From IMG/VR virus record IMGVR_UViG_3300028591_000020, positions 11,596-75,595 of that record: a stretch of 64,000 nucleotides of DNA, one strand, 5' to 3'. The position numbers were made by a program, and so were the translations under genes. Below the pieces are notes generated by a model. That model was not told the DNA's origin, did no database searches, and saw nothing but the letters and a program-made list of their open reading frames with translations. This DNA is from a virus. Lineage: Duplodnaviria; Caudoviricetes. Positions within the stretch are counted from its first letter, which is position 1. Every line of letters starts with the position of its first letter. Shown piece by piece: positions 1-11,156 of this stretch.

Positions 1-3000
1 ATGTACTGCAAGTTGAACCAGTAGATGGGGTCTGCAAGTTTATCTTCATTCCAGTCTGTCGGGTCAACAATGAGATTTATATACCCAAACCACGTAAAGC
101 CACTGCCATAACCCTTGCTGCCTCCTGCGCTTGTGTCAAGCCAGAATGCCTGAACAGGACTGTAAGCGTCTTTCGTGTTGTAGTAATAGACATCGCCTTC
201 TTTCGTCCTATTGTAGTCGCTATCCTGCATAACGTTGTAACCCCTAAGTTCAAGCTCTTCAATAGACCTACCGTTAAGCATGGTCTCTTTGCTCGAAATG
301 ATACCAGACTGAGGATTATTACACGTCACGACGATACCACCACCATAGACATCACCAGTCTGGAATGGAGAGTGGTAGCTGGCCTTAATGAATTTGCCAT
401 TAAAGTATCTTGCTTCTTCACCACTTGCACAATAGTTGCCACCAAAGTAAGCATTTGCCATGATCTTGGCAAGATACTTTTTCAGGAAAGTCGATGATGG
501 TGGCACCTGACTCTTGAACATATACCGATATACCGTAACTATTGCGCTATTTGGTATTTCCGTTGCATCGTATGAACCGTCATCAATGTTGTAATATTGC
601 AGTGTAAACGATTCAGCCTGAGACTGTGTTCTTTCAGATTCAACAGGGCCGAGACCGTATGTAAACATACCGTTTTTGTCATAGAAATTCAGTACAGCAC
701 AACCGTTAGCATCAACACCAAGCACGATATTCGGGAAATTGTAAGCACCATAGAGCTTGATAACACCTTCGCTGATTTCAACCTTTGAAGATGGACCAAT
801 GGTAACGATTTTACCTCTGATGTTGGCATCGTTCTGATAGGTACGGCCTGTTCTTAAGTCAACGGCATAGTTTGGAATGAATCTGGCATCGGTTGACTCT
901 ATTTCGATAGATTCAATATAACCAATCTCTCCGTTCTCATTCATGCCTGCGCGGAGATTAAATTTGCCACTACCTGTAGTTATCGTCTTTGTGTACACAA
1001 GTGTCACAACTTCATCACTCGTTGTTGAACCAAGATAATAAGCGTCGCTCGAATCGTTGTCATCGAACAGCCTCAGATGCATGGTGTCACTGCTGTTTAC
1101 GTAACACGTAATCTTGATGATATATGTACCTGCAGTAAGGCTGAAATTATTGGTGATTCTGGTCCACTCATTGCTATAACCCTTATCAACTTCATCGGTT
1201 TTAACAGGAATCTGAAAACTCTCAAAGCCCATCGGATATGCAGGGTCGAAATAGGTATAGGCAGCACGGTTTTTGTATTCGCCTGGCTCTTCCACAGAAC
1301 CACCGTAATATACACCGTCAATTGTTCCGTGAACAGAGATAAGCCAGTCACCTGTTATGATGGCAGCTCCGAACTGAGCGAAGTTCTTGACAAAGATTGC
1401 ATCAGTGAGTACCACACCATAGTTCTGTAGAATCTTCCACTTATGACTGCTGTTAGATGGTATATCATTGGCCGTTGCAGATGCAACGTCGAGATACCAC
1501 CATGCGGTTGCGTAATAAACCACAGGACATAACTTTGCCGTGCGTGAATAGGGAGCTTTCTTTGGGAACTCGCCTGCAATGTAGTACATGCGGCCAGTAT
1601 CTCCCTTATCACCTTGATTGGCAATCGTCACATACTTGACACACTTGACAGAACCACCGATAACGATGGCTGCAAATATACTGTTGGAACCTTTGGCATA
1701 ATCATTTTGGTTGTCATCATTGAACCAAGTTCCAGCATCAAAATTTCCGCTTCCGTCAGTTGTGGTGTCTGCATACGTTTTATCGTCATTCAGTATATAG
1801 CCGTATCTTATCATCGTGTTTGTGAGTACGGAGCGCGTGCTTCCAACGATTTTATAAGCTGTACCAGCAAGGCCTGCCGTAATGATTCCACTCGAATCAA
1901 CTTTTGCCCATGCAGTATTGAGTACTATGTCATACATAACAGCATCGTCACCATCCTCACCTTTTTCGCCATCTTTTGTATGGCTTACACAAGTGCCAGT
2001 GATGGAATTTGCGTTAACGCTTGTGCATTTATAGATAGCAGTATGATTCTTACCTGAGTCACTTGATGTACCGGTAACTACGAAATAGTCACTTACACGG
2101 CAAGCAGTAAAATCGCTGTCACCAGTACGCTTGGTGTAATTCTCAGAATGTCCTAATTCTGCATAGGTATTCCAGTTGGCATCAGTGTAGAGGTTGTTTC
2201 TAATCAGAGTCAGAGCAATGCTATAACCAGTTGCACCGTCATTACCAAAATAGCCAATACACTGACCTGATTCTGACGGAACATAAGTTGTACCACCACC
2301 GCTGTAGACTAACTTTGTGCGCGTCCACAAATACTTTCCTTTCTCTGCAGTTGGAGGTGTATTATCCTGCCAAGAGCCTGTTGCAGTAGAAGCCGTACCA
2401 AGTGCATACTGCTCTGTGACGGAAGCAAATTCACTAACTTTACCCAGGCATTGCTTACCTGTATATTTAGTTGTATTGTTGGAAAGCGTAACCTTCGTTG
2501 CCTGCCAAATATATTTCGATGCGTTGGCAGAAGTTATGTCTAATTCAGCAAAAGTTGTCTTCCATGATACAGAGTCAGCAGGCGCAGTAGAACCGCTGTC
2601 ACTCAGAACGAACACAATATCTGCTGACGATATGCTTACACCGTCTTCTACCAATTTCGTTGCTGGATTGCTCCACTCGTCGGCATTGATCGTGTCGGTA
2701 GTTCCACGGCTTACTGCCATTGCCTGACGTACCCAGCAGGGATAGTGGTTGTTGTCAGTGGCAGGAATATTCGTGCTCCAGCCATTCAGTGTACCTGTCA
2801 AGGCTCCAGTAGCGAAGGTGTAAACAGCTCCGTCGGCTGGCTTGTCAGTAGGCTGAGAGGCTGCACGTTTATAGATAAAGACAGGAGCAGAACTCATACC
2901 GTCGGCAACGTATTCGACGGGAGTACTCCAATCGGAAGCTGCTATATCGTCAGTATCAGACTGACTACGGGCAACAGCCATGATGACATACAGCTTTGTG

Positions 3001-3227
3001 TTAGCTGATGCCGTGGGGATATTCTGACTCCATCCGTTGAAGTATGTCGATGCGCCAGTAAGCCTACCTGTACTGAAAGTATAGGTAAGGGGTCCTGACG
3101 GGCGGTTATTGTCCGTTAGTACGCTGGCAGAGCGACGGTACAAAGGTACGACGACTGTGTTGTAGCCGTCAGTACCATTGGTTCCGTCGATGATACCTTG
3201 ACAAACTAAGCCTCCTGATGCTCTCAT
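1..3227 (-). CDS. Tail fibre / tail-tip host-interaction protein, >1075 aa, 3' end outside the window
   Basis: Manually translated frame from ATG 3227 (MRASGGLVCQGIIDGTNG...) with no stop found down to base 1. Contains YKRAASQP/YRRSAS repeats, KYLWTRT/KYIWQAT repeats and FAQFGAAIITGDWLISVHG. Absent from the ORF track because it has no stop in the window. Confidence 0.8.
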   Translation of the reverse strand, partial: MRASGGLVCQGIIDGTNGTDGYNTVVVPLYRRSASVLTDNNRPSGPLTYTFSTGRLTGASTYFNGWSQNIPTASANTKLYVIMAVARSQSDTDDIAASDWSTPVEYVADGMSSAPVFIYKRAASQPTDKPADGAVYTFATGALTGTLNGWSTNIPATDNNHYPCWVRQAMAVSRGTTDTINADEWSNPATKLVEDGVSISSADIVFVLSDSGSTAPADSVSWKTTFAELDITSANASKYIWQATKVTLSNNTTKYTGKQCLGKVSEFASVTEQYALGTASTATGSWQDNTPPTAEKGKYLWTRTKLVYSGGGTTYVPSESGQCIGYFGNDGATGYSIALTLIRNNLYTDANWNTYAELGHSENYTKRTGDSDFTACRVSDYFVVTGTSSDSGKNHTAIYKCTSVNANSITGTCVSHTKDGEKGEDGDDAVMYDIVLNTAWAKVDSSGIITAGLAGTAYKIVGSTRSVLTNTMIRYGYILNDDKTYADTTTDGSGNFDAGTWFNDDNQNDYAKGSNSIFAAIVIGGSVKCVKYVTIANQGDKGDTGRMYYIAGEFPKKAPYSRTAKLCPVVYYATAWWYLDVASATANDIPSNSSHKWKILQNYGVVLTDAIFVKNFAQFGAAIITGDWLISVHGTIDGVYYGGSVEEPGEYKNRAAYTYFDPAYPMGFESFQIPVKTDEVDKGYSNEWTRITNNFSLTAGTYIIKITCYVNSSDTMHLRLFDDNDSSDAYYLGSTTSDEVVTLVYTKTITTGSGKFNLRAGMNENGEIGYIESIEIESTDARFIPNYAVDLRTGRTYQNDANIRGKIVTIGPSSKVEISEGVIKLYGAYNFPNIVLGVDANGCAVLNFYDKNGMFTYGLGPVESERTQSQAESFTLQYYNIDDGSYDATEIPNSAIVTVYRYMFKSQVPPSSTFLKKYLAKIMANAYFGGNYCASGEEARYFNGKFIKASYHSPFQTGDVYGGGIVVTCNNPQSGIISSKETMLNGRSIEELELRGYNVMQDSDYNRTKEGDVYYYNTKDAYSPVQAFWLDTSAGGSKGYGSGFTWFGYINLIVDPTDWNEDKLADPIYWFNLQY

Positions 3228-3248
3228 GTCTTTATCTATTCGTTTGCG

Positions 3249-4508
3249 TTAGAACTCTGATGACTGTGCGTGAATCTTTACAGGTCGAGCTACCTTGTTG
3301 CCGTTCCCATCAGTGAGCACGACATCCTGGTAGCGCAACGAGCAATATGTCTGACCGCCAGTAGATGGAATGCCGGGCAGGTCACTGATAGATGCTCCTG
3401 TATTGGCATCGTCTGCGTTGAACGTCCATGTAACACTGGCTGCACTGCTGCCAGCAGGGAACGTGTCACCCTTATCCGTGTAGAGCTTCGGGAAGATATA
3501 CTTCGTCTGACCTGTGCGGATATTCAGGCGAGGCTCAAGACCTGTCAACTCTATGCCGTTTGTGCCTGCTGCATTATCACAGATAAGCCACTTCACAGCG
3601 TACGGGTCGCTGAGGTCGTAAACAGCAGAGGTACCACTGGCCAACTCGTTACCCTGAGCATCGTACACACGGCAGCGGAGAGTTAGCAGACAGTCAACTG
3701 CTTCCGGACCAATGGTAATCAAGTCGCCAGGAACAAGGCTCTGACCAATGGTGATGTCGGTTGTTCCACCTGCTGCCTGACTGTCTTTCAGTTCCACCTC
3801 TGTAGGTCCTGTGATGTCAAAGAACTTGAATGTATAACCTGTCATGTCTGATGCGCTAACAGGAACACCGTTATGATACAGTCGTGCAAGTCTCTGAGTG
3901 GAAAGAATCTGATTGCTGTTGTTGGTCATGATGAACTTAGCAACATTCAGCGGAACGTGCATTTCCACTGAGTAGCCTGCGTTGGCATCTGCTATCGGAC
4001 GAATGGCAACGTCTTTGCCAATACCACTGAACTGAATCTGACCGCCACCACTGACTACGCTACCATCAAACGAGATACGGTCATCGTCGGGATTCAGTAT
4101 GGCATCTGCAGGATTGCCTATCATTACCAAGCAGGGAATTGTGCCACCATCATACGCGAAAGTGTCTTTCTTTAACAATCCAGGAACACCGCCTTGCTGG
4201 TTGGAGATATTGTCCGTGAAGCCAACAAGATTGCCGTTATAGTAGATGTTGGTGATATTAAGGGTTGATGTGATGTCTTGACCTGACGAGGTATCAAAAG
4301 CACGGATGATGATGCGTGGCAGTGTCGCTTTCTCTGCTGATGTGCCATGCTCATAGATATGCGCCCAATCAGGTGTGCATGTCGTTTCGTCGAAATACTG
4401 AGTTAGGGATGCTGGATTGCCTGCAGCATCTACTACCATGATGTCATATGCAACGGTTGTTCCGTCAATGGTGCCTGCTACAACGAGGCCCGCGTTTACT
4501 CTATTCAT
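3249..4508 (-). CDS. Virion tail-associated protein (beta-rich)
   Basis: 419 aa ORF in the tail operon, translationally coupled to its neighbours. Confidence 0.6.
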   Translation of the reverse strand: MNRVNAGLVVAGTIDGTTVAYDIMVVDAAGNPASLTQYFDETTCTPDWAHIYEHGTSAEKATLPRIIIRAFDTSSGQDITSTLNITNIYYNGNLVGFTDNISNQQGGVPGLLKKDTFAYDGGTIPCLVMIGNPADAILNPDDDRISFDGSVVSGGGQIQFSGIGKDVAIRPIADANAGYSVEMHVPLNVAKFIMTNNSNQILSTQRLARLYHNGVPVSASDMTGYTFKFFDITGPTEVELKDSQAAGGTTDITIGQSLVPGDLITIGPEAVDCLLTLRCRVYDAQGNELASGTSAVYDLSDPYAVKWLICDNAAGTNGIELTGLEPRLNIRTGQTKYIFPKLYTDKGDTFPAGSSAASVTWTFNADDANTGASISDLPGIPSTGGQTYCSLRYQDVVLTDGNGNKVARPVKIHAQSSEF

Positions 4509-4693
4509 ACGGTCCCTCCTTTCTTCATCTTGGAGCGAAGCTCATTGAGCACCGCTGTATTGGGTACCAAGGTGACTCCTTCAAGAGCACCCATCAGTCT
4601 TGCCTCGCGTCCGCTGACAATGGCGCGTCCGTCGGGCATCGTCTCGTAATGTCTTCCTTCTGGCAGACGGGATTTGTCAATCAATACATACAT
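4505..4693 (-). CDS. Small hypothetical tail-operon protein
   Basis: 62 aa; stop overlaps the next gene's start. Confidence 0.6.
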   Translation of the reverse strand: MYVLIDKSRLPEGRHYETMPDGRAIVSGREARLMGALEGVTLVPNTAVLNELRSKMKKGGTV

Positions 4694-4711
4694 AGCTATA
4701 ATGTTTTGAAT

Positions 4712-6031
4712 TTACTCGAATGATGGCGATATAACCTTTTGGTTGTCGTCTATAACTTGACTGTCGTTCTCTACGACAATATCACAGCCTGAATAGAGAG
4801 AAACGTCAGCCCATACGTTAAAGCCCTCGGGGAACGAGAATCCTTTTTCGCTTGGGATAAAGCTGATGTTTGGCGTAGTACCCAAGGAAATGATTGCTCC
4901 AGTTTTGAGATTCTGAGCTTTCCAGTGAATGCGGAACAGACATCTTCGGTTTTGTGGCACGTCTCTTCCGTTATAGCGTAGCTGCATTTCGTAGCTTGCC
5001 CGGATGCTCATGTGTACATCTTGCCTGTTACCAGTCAGCTGAATGGGGTCTGCGTGTAAGGTATCGTTGAGCGTCATCGTAAACTGTGTGGTGTAGAATG
5101 GATTGTTGTCTGACAAAGGATTCTGCCAAGCCTCGTCTGCTTCCTTACGCTTGCCGTAACAGCGAACCTTGAACTTAGTTTGGATCATCCTCGCGTCAAA
5201 GGTCAGCGTCTTGGTCTTTACTCCTGTCAGCTGCAGATTCTCTATCTCTTCTTCCGTGAACTGCCTCCAGCCGCTTGCCGATGTGCTATCCTCTTTCACC
5301 CAAAGATAGCTTGCCTCGTTGTCTGGAACTTCACCGTCAGTACCTATCAGCTGTACGTTTACAGAACGTGGCCAAGGAATATCAAGAATGGTCTGACCAG
5401 TAGGAATAGCATCTGTGAAGGACAATGGATCAAGCAGAACTTCGTCACCACAGTCACCCTTCATTACAATCATATCCGTATTGTAGTTCTCTGTAGTGAA
5501 GTCAATGCTCTTCAAGACACGCATCGTCATACCTGTACGAGTGTCAACGAACTTCAAGACGGCATAGATAGGCATTGCTGTTAGACGTGTCACATTCTTG
5601 TGGACGATAAGGCACAAGTTTGGAACGTTATCACACCATGCAGCGTTGCTTCCGTCACTTATCAGGAAGTCTTCACTGCGCCATGCTGCTTCATGAGTCA
5701 GCTCGCCAGTCTCTTCGTCGTAGATGTCAACATCATCCAATACCGACTGTGCAGGATTGGAAATGCGGCCTGTCTGATAGTCACCCTCTATAGGCATCTG
5801 TGTGTACCATTCTATATCGCTCAGTGTGACAAATCCAGTCATGATGTTTGAAGGGTCATTGACAAACACTTTTCCACCAAGAATACACGGCACCCACTTT
5901 CTGTCATCCTCAAAGGTGCTCTCGGTAGTATAGAACATCTGACGTGTACTGCCACCAAGGATTACGATGTCTGCAGACATCGACAGTGCATCGAACACCA
6001 TTTGGCTGGAATTGGTTCTACTCTTTATCAT
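4712..6031 (-). CDS. Virion tail/baseplate-associated protein
   Basis: 439 aa, between the tail hub gene and downstream tail genes. Confidence 0.6.
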   Translation of the reverse strand: MIKSRTNSSQMVFDALSMSADIVILGGSTRQMFYTTESTFEDDRKWVPCILGGKVFVNDPSNIMTGFVTLSDIEWYTQMPIEGDYQTGRISNPAQSVLDDVDIYDEETGELTHEAAWRSEDFLISDGSNAAWCDNVPNLCLIVHKNVTRLTAMPIYAVLKFVDTRTGMTMRVLKSIDFTTENYNTDMIVMKGDCGDEVLLDPLSFTDAIPTGQTILDIPWPRSVNVQLIGTDGEVPDNEASYLWVKEDSTSASGWRQFTEEEIENLQLTGVKTKTLTFDARMIQTKFKVRCYGKRKEADEAWQNPLSDNNPFYTTQFTMTLNDTLHADPIQLTGNRQDVHMSIRASYEMQLRYNGRDVPQNRRCLFRIHWKAQNLKTGAIISLGTTPNISFIPSEKGFSFPEGFNVWADVSLYSGCDIVVENDSQVIDDNQKVISPSFE

Positions 6032-6043
6032 ATCTCTTTCGTT

Positions 6044-9000
6044 TTAGAATACATAATCTGCAGGCATGTTAACTACCTGTCCGCTATTGCTAAATGTGAC
6101 AATGCAAGTGATTAGGGCTTGTCTGTAGGTTATCATCCATCCACTACCCATGTCACCGCGTACCAGCTTTATCCTGTTGCTCTTCGCGTCACCAACTATT
6201 GGGTTGCCGTCAGGACCGACAACAACAGGAGTCCAAGACAAATCTTCGCTGGTCTGCTCAAACTCTTCGGTTGCGCTGTTGTAGCCCGTACTGCGTTTCC
6301 ATGCTATTCGGAAATCATCGACGTTCATAATATGGCCGGTAATATCTTCATCACCAAACCATACGTGCATGGTAAGGATGGTGTTAACATTACCACCTCT
6401 GAACGTACGCCCGTTGCTGGTGGTAATCTCGCTCAGATATACGGTATTGCCGCCTACAGGAGTCCAGTCGGTGCAATTCCAACAAGGCTCTTGTCTTGTT
6501 CCGTCAACCAAACATTCCCAGAGAATGCCGTTGTTCCATACACGGCTAATCTCCAAGTCCACCTTCCACTCCTGCATCATCTTTGCATGCAGCTGCTCGT
6601 CGGTAAGGTCGCTATACGATGCGTCATTACGATATTGCAGCCACAAGGCACGGGTGTAGGTTCTGAAATGGTAAGGCTCGCTAACGGTGGTTCCGTCAAC
6701 TACGATGGTGGGATTGTTGACCCACTGGCCCCTGTCAGTTCTTACGATGGTGGCAGGCCACTTGATTTTGTGTGCGTGCTCGTAGAAGATCGTGTTGACA
6801 TACAACGATGGCATGTTCTTGTCACGAATCTGACTTGGCAGCACTCCTTCGTCATCCAGTACAGAGGGGAGAATACCAAGAGCCAGAGCGTAGTTCTCGG
6901 CATGAAGGATGGGCTGCGTGACATTCCAGTAATGTGTCAGCCTGTGGTCGGTTCCGCTTAGCTCCCAATAGCTCTGACGTAATGGATTGGTGGTGTTACC
7001 TCTACGGGCAACGGTCATGAAGTCCTTTGGAGCGAAGTTCTTACCGCCAGGCACCATATTGTCAGCCCACAAGGAAACTACCATCACGTCGCGCTCCATG
7101 CCGTCATTGAGCGTCATGCTGTGAACGCGCATCCATGAGGTGTAGTATTCGTAGCCGTCATCACCTGTCTCGTCATCAACCTTACCAAAGAGAATATCGT
7201 TCTCTGCAATGGCAGGGTGACGGCCTTCTTTCTCCTTGTGCATGTAGCAGGTATAGGTCCCGTCACCATTATCCACAACTTCCTCGATGTCACCACCACC
7301 ACTAAACTGGTAGTCCTGTTCCATGATTTCAAGGTAGTTGTATATCAGCTTTCGGAACATTGCCCAGCCTCTCACAACAAGGCCGTCGGTGCTGATGACA
7401 CCTGTAGAGGCATCCATGTGAATGCCAGTACCTTCCATGTCGGGAGAGCCACCCGGAGAGCGCAGAATGTTTCTGAAAACTATCTCGCTGGCTCTCATTG
7501 CTTGCTCTACCGTGAGGTCGCCCTTCACGCAGTCACGGACTATAAGGCTGATAAGGTCGGCTGCACCGTCGGGAGTGATAGCGGCTCCTGTATCAAGCTC
7601 GTCACCTGCTATCGGATGCTCACGATGGTAGTCACCAAACCACGCCTCAAACAAAGACGTGAAACCTTTCTCGAAGGTGATACGACCTTCTGCTATATCG
7701 TTGTTAAGCCTCGAAAGGAACTGCTCACTACCGTAGTTCTCGATAAGACTCTGAATCTGCTTGCTGGTATAGCCACCGCCACCACCGCTGCCACCACCTG
7801 ACACGCTGTTGCCTGAAATGGCTTTGTCTATCATGCGCTGAATGGTGCTCACCTGCTTCTCGTCTCTCAGAGTGACTTCGTAGGTAGGCAGCTCACCATT
7901 ACCGCGCTCTCTGATAGTCAGCACGTCGATGATGATACCCTCGTCGATGTCAAGGTCTTCGTCGGCAAACAGGAAGATGTCACCTGCATGGATGGTGTCA
8001 TGGATAGATGTCTCACCACGCTCAATAGCTTCGTCGTGCTGTCGGGCCATCCATATTTCATCAATACGGGGCTGATAGGTGAAGCGTGTGGTGTCATTCT
8101 TTTGCAAGGCTTCAATGGCTGCATACAGCAGCTTCTCACTGGCTGCAGAAACATATTCGTCGGGCAGCTTGATACCTGTCAGCACGTAATGGTCGCCAGT
8201 CTTGATCTGGAAATCCTTGTAAGGAAACCAAAGGTCAAGAGAATCATCTTTCACGCGCTCTACTCGGCATTCCCACTGGCCGCTGTTATTCTTGGTGGGT
8301 CTGTTGGCCATCTTGAAGCTGCGAGAGCCACACATGCCATCCTTCATGTCGATGGTAGCTCCTTCCTCGTAGTATTCTGCAAGGTCAAAGCCAAGGTTGG
8401 GTAGGGTAATGGTGAAATTGGGAACGTTACCCTCTCCATAGACACCGTTATCAGTTATCTGCTCGGCTGAAACAACCTTGTCAACATCGTTGCCAAGATA
8501 TTTCATACCTTCCAGCGTAGGATGGATATTCTCAGTATCGTTGTTGCCGTCGAAATATATGTTGCTGGGTCTGATACCGTACTCGTCGGCTTTCAGACTT
8601 TGAATCCATGGACGGTGCTTTTCCTTTGAGAAATAGCCAGTGAAGCCGTTGATGGTGGCCTTACCTGTTGCATCGTCGCAATCCGTACCGCCATTCTCCT
8701 TCACCCAATTGTACAGCGACTTGTTGGGGAATCCGGGCAGCATCAGACGTGACACAGCCATATTGTTAGGCAGATTCTCAGTAGCGTAGTTCTTGTTTGC
8801 GAGTGGGAAAGCACTCTTCTCTACACCACCAACGAAATATACCAAGTCACCCTGCTTGATAGCCTCAGAGAAAGCATTCATTGCTGACTGGTCTGGCTCG
8901 TCGCGGTCATCCTCTGGATTCACACCTGTATATTCGCAATAGACCTCACAGCGGTTGGAGTTGTAGGCCATCGTGACATAACCCTTCACGGTAATGCCGT

Positions 9001-10015
9001 TTGCCTGTAGCTTGACAATGAAGTTATAGTCACCCTTTCCACCGTAGTTTCCGGGATATGACTTGGATATTTCGGTGAAATACTTCTGATAGTAGTCAAG
9101 GTCGAGAATGAAGTTGGCATAATGCAAGCCAGACGTTGCGTAGTTGGCCTTGATGCTCTCCACGTGGGCAAATACCTGCAGATTCAGCTCTGCATAGTAG
9201 CGGTTAGGAAGGTTTTCCTCACTGCCGTATGCTTTCAGACGTGTGACTACCTGCTGGCCCTCTTCGCTGATGCGCTCTATCTCGTAGAGTCCGTTACCCT
9301 TACCATAGCGGAAAGTGTTGGAGGTGAATACGCCATCGGTGCCAGCGATAACAACATTGCCACGCTGGATGAAGTTCAAATCAAACTCAGAGTTGATTTT
9401 CGTCAGAGCCTCCCAACAGGTGATATTATCCACCGTCAGGGCTACACTCGTCTTTCCGTAAGAAAGTGTGCGCTCGGCTCCCGTCGGGTCCACATACTGC
9501 TTATAGGCATCAATGAAAGCCTGCTGTCTGCCAACAAGTGAACCACGTTGGGCGTTTCTTGCGGTATTCAGTCCAATGAGAATGAATCTGCCAGGATAAA
9601 GCTCTTCCAAACATGCCTGCACTCTATCCAAGAGGTCATCAACACTCTCGCAATAGAAGGGGAACGTAGGCAGTCCCGTGTAGTGCATCTGATTGTCATC
9701 AAGCACAATGTCAGTAAAGTCACAGCCCACAATCTTGCTCTGTGGGTCTGACACAAACTTGATGTTCTCGTAGATGAATCCCTCACCATGTGTACCACGA
9801 CGGGCTTTCTTCAACACCCGTGGATCGTAGTTGATGCAATAACGCTCGCCTCGGTAGTCGATATAGTCACCAATCTGGAATCTGACTGGATTTGCATCCT
9901 TGACCGTGACGGTCAAATAGCATTCAGCCATCCATTCGTCGTGAAGCTCAAGCTCTTTCACCTGCGCCCTCTCGACTCCGTTGATGCTATATATCTTCCA
10001 CTCGTTCATACACAC
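6044..10015 (-). CDS. Tail tip / baseplate hub protein (Tal-like)
   Basis: 1323 aa downstream of the Dit-like gene; FRYGKGNGLYEIER and VTRLKAYGSEENLP motifs typical of Bacteroidota siphophage hub proteins. Confidence 0.7.
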   Translation of the reverse strand: MCMNEWKIYSINGVERAQVKELELHDEWMAECYLTVTVKDANPVRFQIGDYIDYRGERYCINYDPRVLKKARRGTHGEGFIYENIKFVSDPQSKIVGCDFTDIVLDDNQMHYTGLPTFPFYCESVDDLLDRVQACLEELYPGRFILIGLNTARNAQRGSLVGRQQAFIDAYKQYVDPTGAERTLSYGKTSVALTVDNITCWEALTKINSEFDLNFIQRGNVVIAGTDGVFTSNTFRYGKGNGLYEIERISEEGQQVVTRLKAYGSEENLPNRYYAELNLQVFAHVESIKANYATSGLHYANFILDLDYYQKYFTEISKSYPGNYGGKGDYNFIVKLQANGITVKGYVTMAYNSNRCEVYCEYTGVNPEDDRDEPDQSAMNAFSEAIKQGDLVYFVGGVEKSAFPLANKNYATENLPNNMAVSRLMLPGFPNKSLYNWVKENGGTDCDDATGKATINGFTGYFSKEKHRPWIQSLKADEYGIRPSNIYFDGNNDTENIHPTLEGMKYLGNDVDKVVSAEQITDNGVYGEGNVPNFTITLPNLGFDLAEYYEEGATIDMKDGMCGSRSFKMANRPTKNNSGQWECRVERVKDDSLDLWFPYKDFQIKTGDHYVLTGIKLPDEYVSAASEKLLYAAIEALQKNDTTRFTYQPRIDEIWMARQHDEAIERGETSIHDTIHAGDIFLFADEDLDIDEGIIIDVLTIRERGNGELPTYEVTLRDEKQVSTIQRMIDKAISGNSVSGGGSGGGGGYTSKQIQSLIENYGSEQFLSRLNNDIAEGRITFEKGFTSLFEAWFGDYHREHPIAGDELDTGAAITPDGAADLISLIVRDCVKGDLTVEQAMRASEIVFRNILRSPGGSPDMEGTGIHMDASTGVISTDGLVVRGWAMFRKLIYNYLEIMEQDYQFSGGGDIEEVVDNGDGTYTCYMHKEKEGRHPAIAENDILFGKVDDETGDDGYEYYTSWMRVHSMTLNDGMERDVMVVSLWADNMVPGGKNFAPKDFMTVARRGNTTNPLRQSYWELSGTDHRLTHYWNVTQPILHAENYALALGILPSVLDDEGVLPSQIRDKNMPSLYVNTIFYEHAHKIKWPATIVRTDRGQWVNNPTIVVDGTTVSEPYHFRTYTRALWLQYRNDASYSDLTDEQLHAKMMQEWKVDLEISRVWNNGILWECLVDGTRQEPCWNCTDWTPVGGNTVYLSEITTSNGRTFRGGNVNTILTMHVWFGDEDITGHIMNVDDFRIAWKRSTGYNSATEEFEQTSEDLSWTPVVVGPDGNPIVGDAKSNRIKLVRGDMGSGWMITYRQALITCIVTFSNSGQVVNMPADYVF

Positions 10016-10030
10016 GTCATGTATGCCGCC

Positions 10031-10507
10031 CTACGGCAGCGTCACATCGGTAACAGGGTCATTGACCTTGAGCGTTACTTCAAATATCAGGTATTCGTTG
10101 TTATCGTCAGACTTCCACTTGGCGTTGTCTGATACACCATCCAAGCGGACATTCTGTCTGCCGATACGAGTATAAGAGGAATAGAGCTTAAACTGCCCTA
10201 ACTTCAAATGATTTAGGAATGTGCCAACTTTATTGCGGACATCGGCTATTGAGCCGCTTTTCTTGCAGCCAAATTCCACCTTCATGGTGTAGGCTTCAAG
10301 TTTCAAACCATCTTTGGGAATGTACTCGTCATCACCGTCTTCATCATTCCAAGAACGCTTGGCCGGGTCTTTGACTTTGTTGAAAATCACGAAGGGAATC
10401 TTCTTGCAGTAGATACCCCATGTGGCAACACTCTCGCAAATGGGATATGGAGCGTCGTTTGCATCCGTTCCCATTAACTGCAAGAAAAAGTTCTGCCATT
10501 TCTCCAT
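10031..10507 (-). CDS. Distal tail protein-like
   Basis: Likely start MEKWQ at 10507, because a promoter box lies inside the longer ORF call; position between TMP and hub. Confidence 0.6.
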   Translation of the reverse strand: MEKWQNFFLQLMGTDANDAPYPICESVATWGIYCKKIPFVIFNKVKDPAKRSWNDEDGDDEYIPKDGLKLEAYTMKVEFGCKKSGSIADVRNKVGTFLNHLKLGQFKLYSSYTRIGRQNVRLDGVSDNAKWKSDDNNEYLIFEVTLKVNDPVTDVTLP

Positions 10508-10550
10508 AAGTCTTAACGTGTTTGTTATCCCAAATAGTTGATTTTCGCCA

Positions 10551-10558
10551 CAAAGATA
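10551..10558 (-). promoter_or_regulatory. Bacteroidota sigmaA -7 box (TATCTTTG) for the tail-tip genes
   Basis: Matches TAnnTTTG in an AT-rich intergenic gap. Confidence 0.6.
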
Positions 10559-10645
10559 CAAATATTTTCCGTATAAATATACAAATAATGCGAATATTTA
10601 TGCAATTTAACAGAAATTTTTGCATAAAGATGGTAAAATGCAGGG

Positions 10646-11155
10646 TTATTGCCCTGCATTTCTCTTATCTCTGATGGTGACATTACCCTCGTAGGTTATC
10701 TCGCCACCATGCCAGTACACGAAAGCTTTTGAGAATCCTTTGGCCACCACATGAACACGGCAATTATCGTAGGCTTCGACAAACACCTTTGAACTTTCAT
10801 CAACCTCTATTCTAAGGTTGGCATGGTGTCTGACATAGACATTTCCCGTACTATTGGTATGGTATCTGAGCGTGCCGATACTCTCACCAAGGGCAACAGC
10901 TGTAACGAGGTTGCTGGCATCAATACTGCTGTCAAGAAATATTCCTTTCGCCATGAGAATATCCTTGGGGAACACCTTTCTTGCAAACTCCAGTTTGGGA
11001 TAGTCATGCTTGATGCAAAAATCAATGCCACGTAAATATTTTTCAAGTAACTGTTGTATTGACTCTTTATCGCCCCAATCATTATACCATTGGTCGCACA
11101 AGCCAAGTTCTCTTGCTCTTCTCTTTAGAAGATTGTTAAGTTCTTTCTCCTTCAT
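10646..11155 (-). CDS. Hypothetical phage protein after TMP
   Basis: 169 aa ORF starting 2 bp after the TMP stop. Confidence 0.65.
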   Translation of the reverse strand: MKEKELNNLLKRRARELGLCDQWYNDWGDKESIQQLLEKYLRGIDFCIKHDYPKLEFARKVFPKDILMAKGIFLDSSIDASNLVTAVALGESIGTLRYHTNSTGNVYVRHHANLRIEVDESSKVFVEAYDNCRVHVVAKGFSKAFVYWHGGEITYEGNVTIRDKRNAGQ

Positions 11156-11156
11156 G

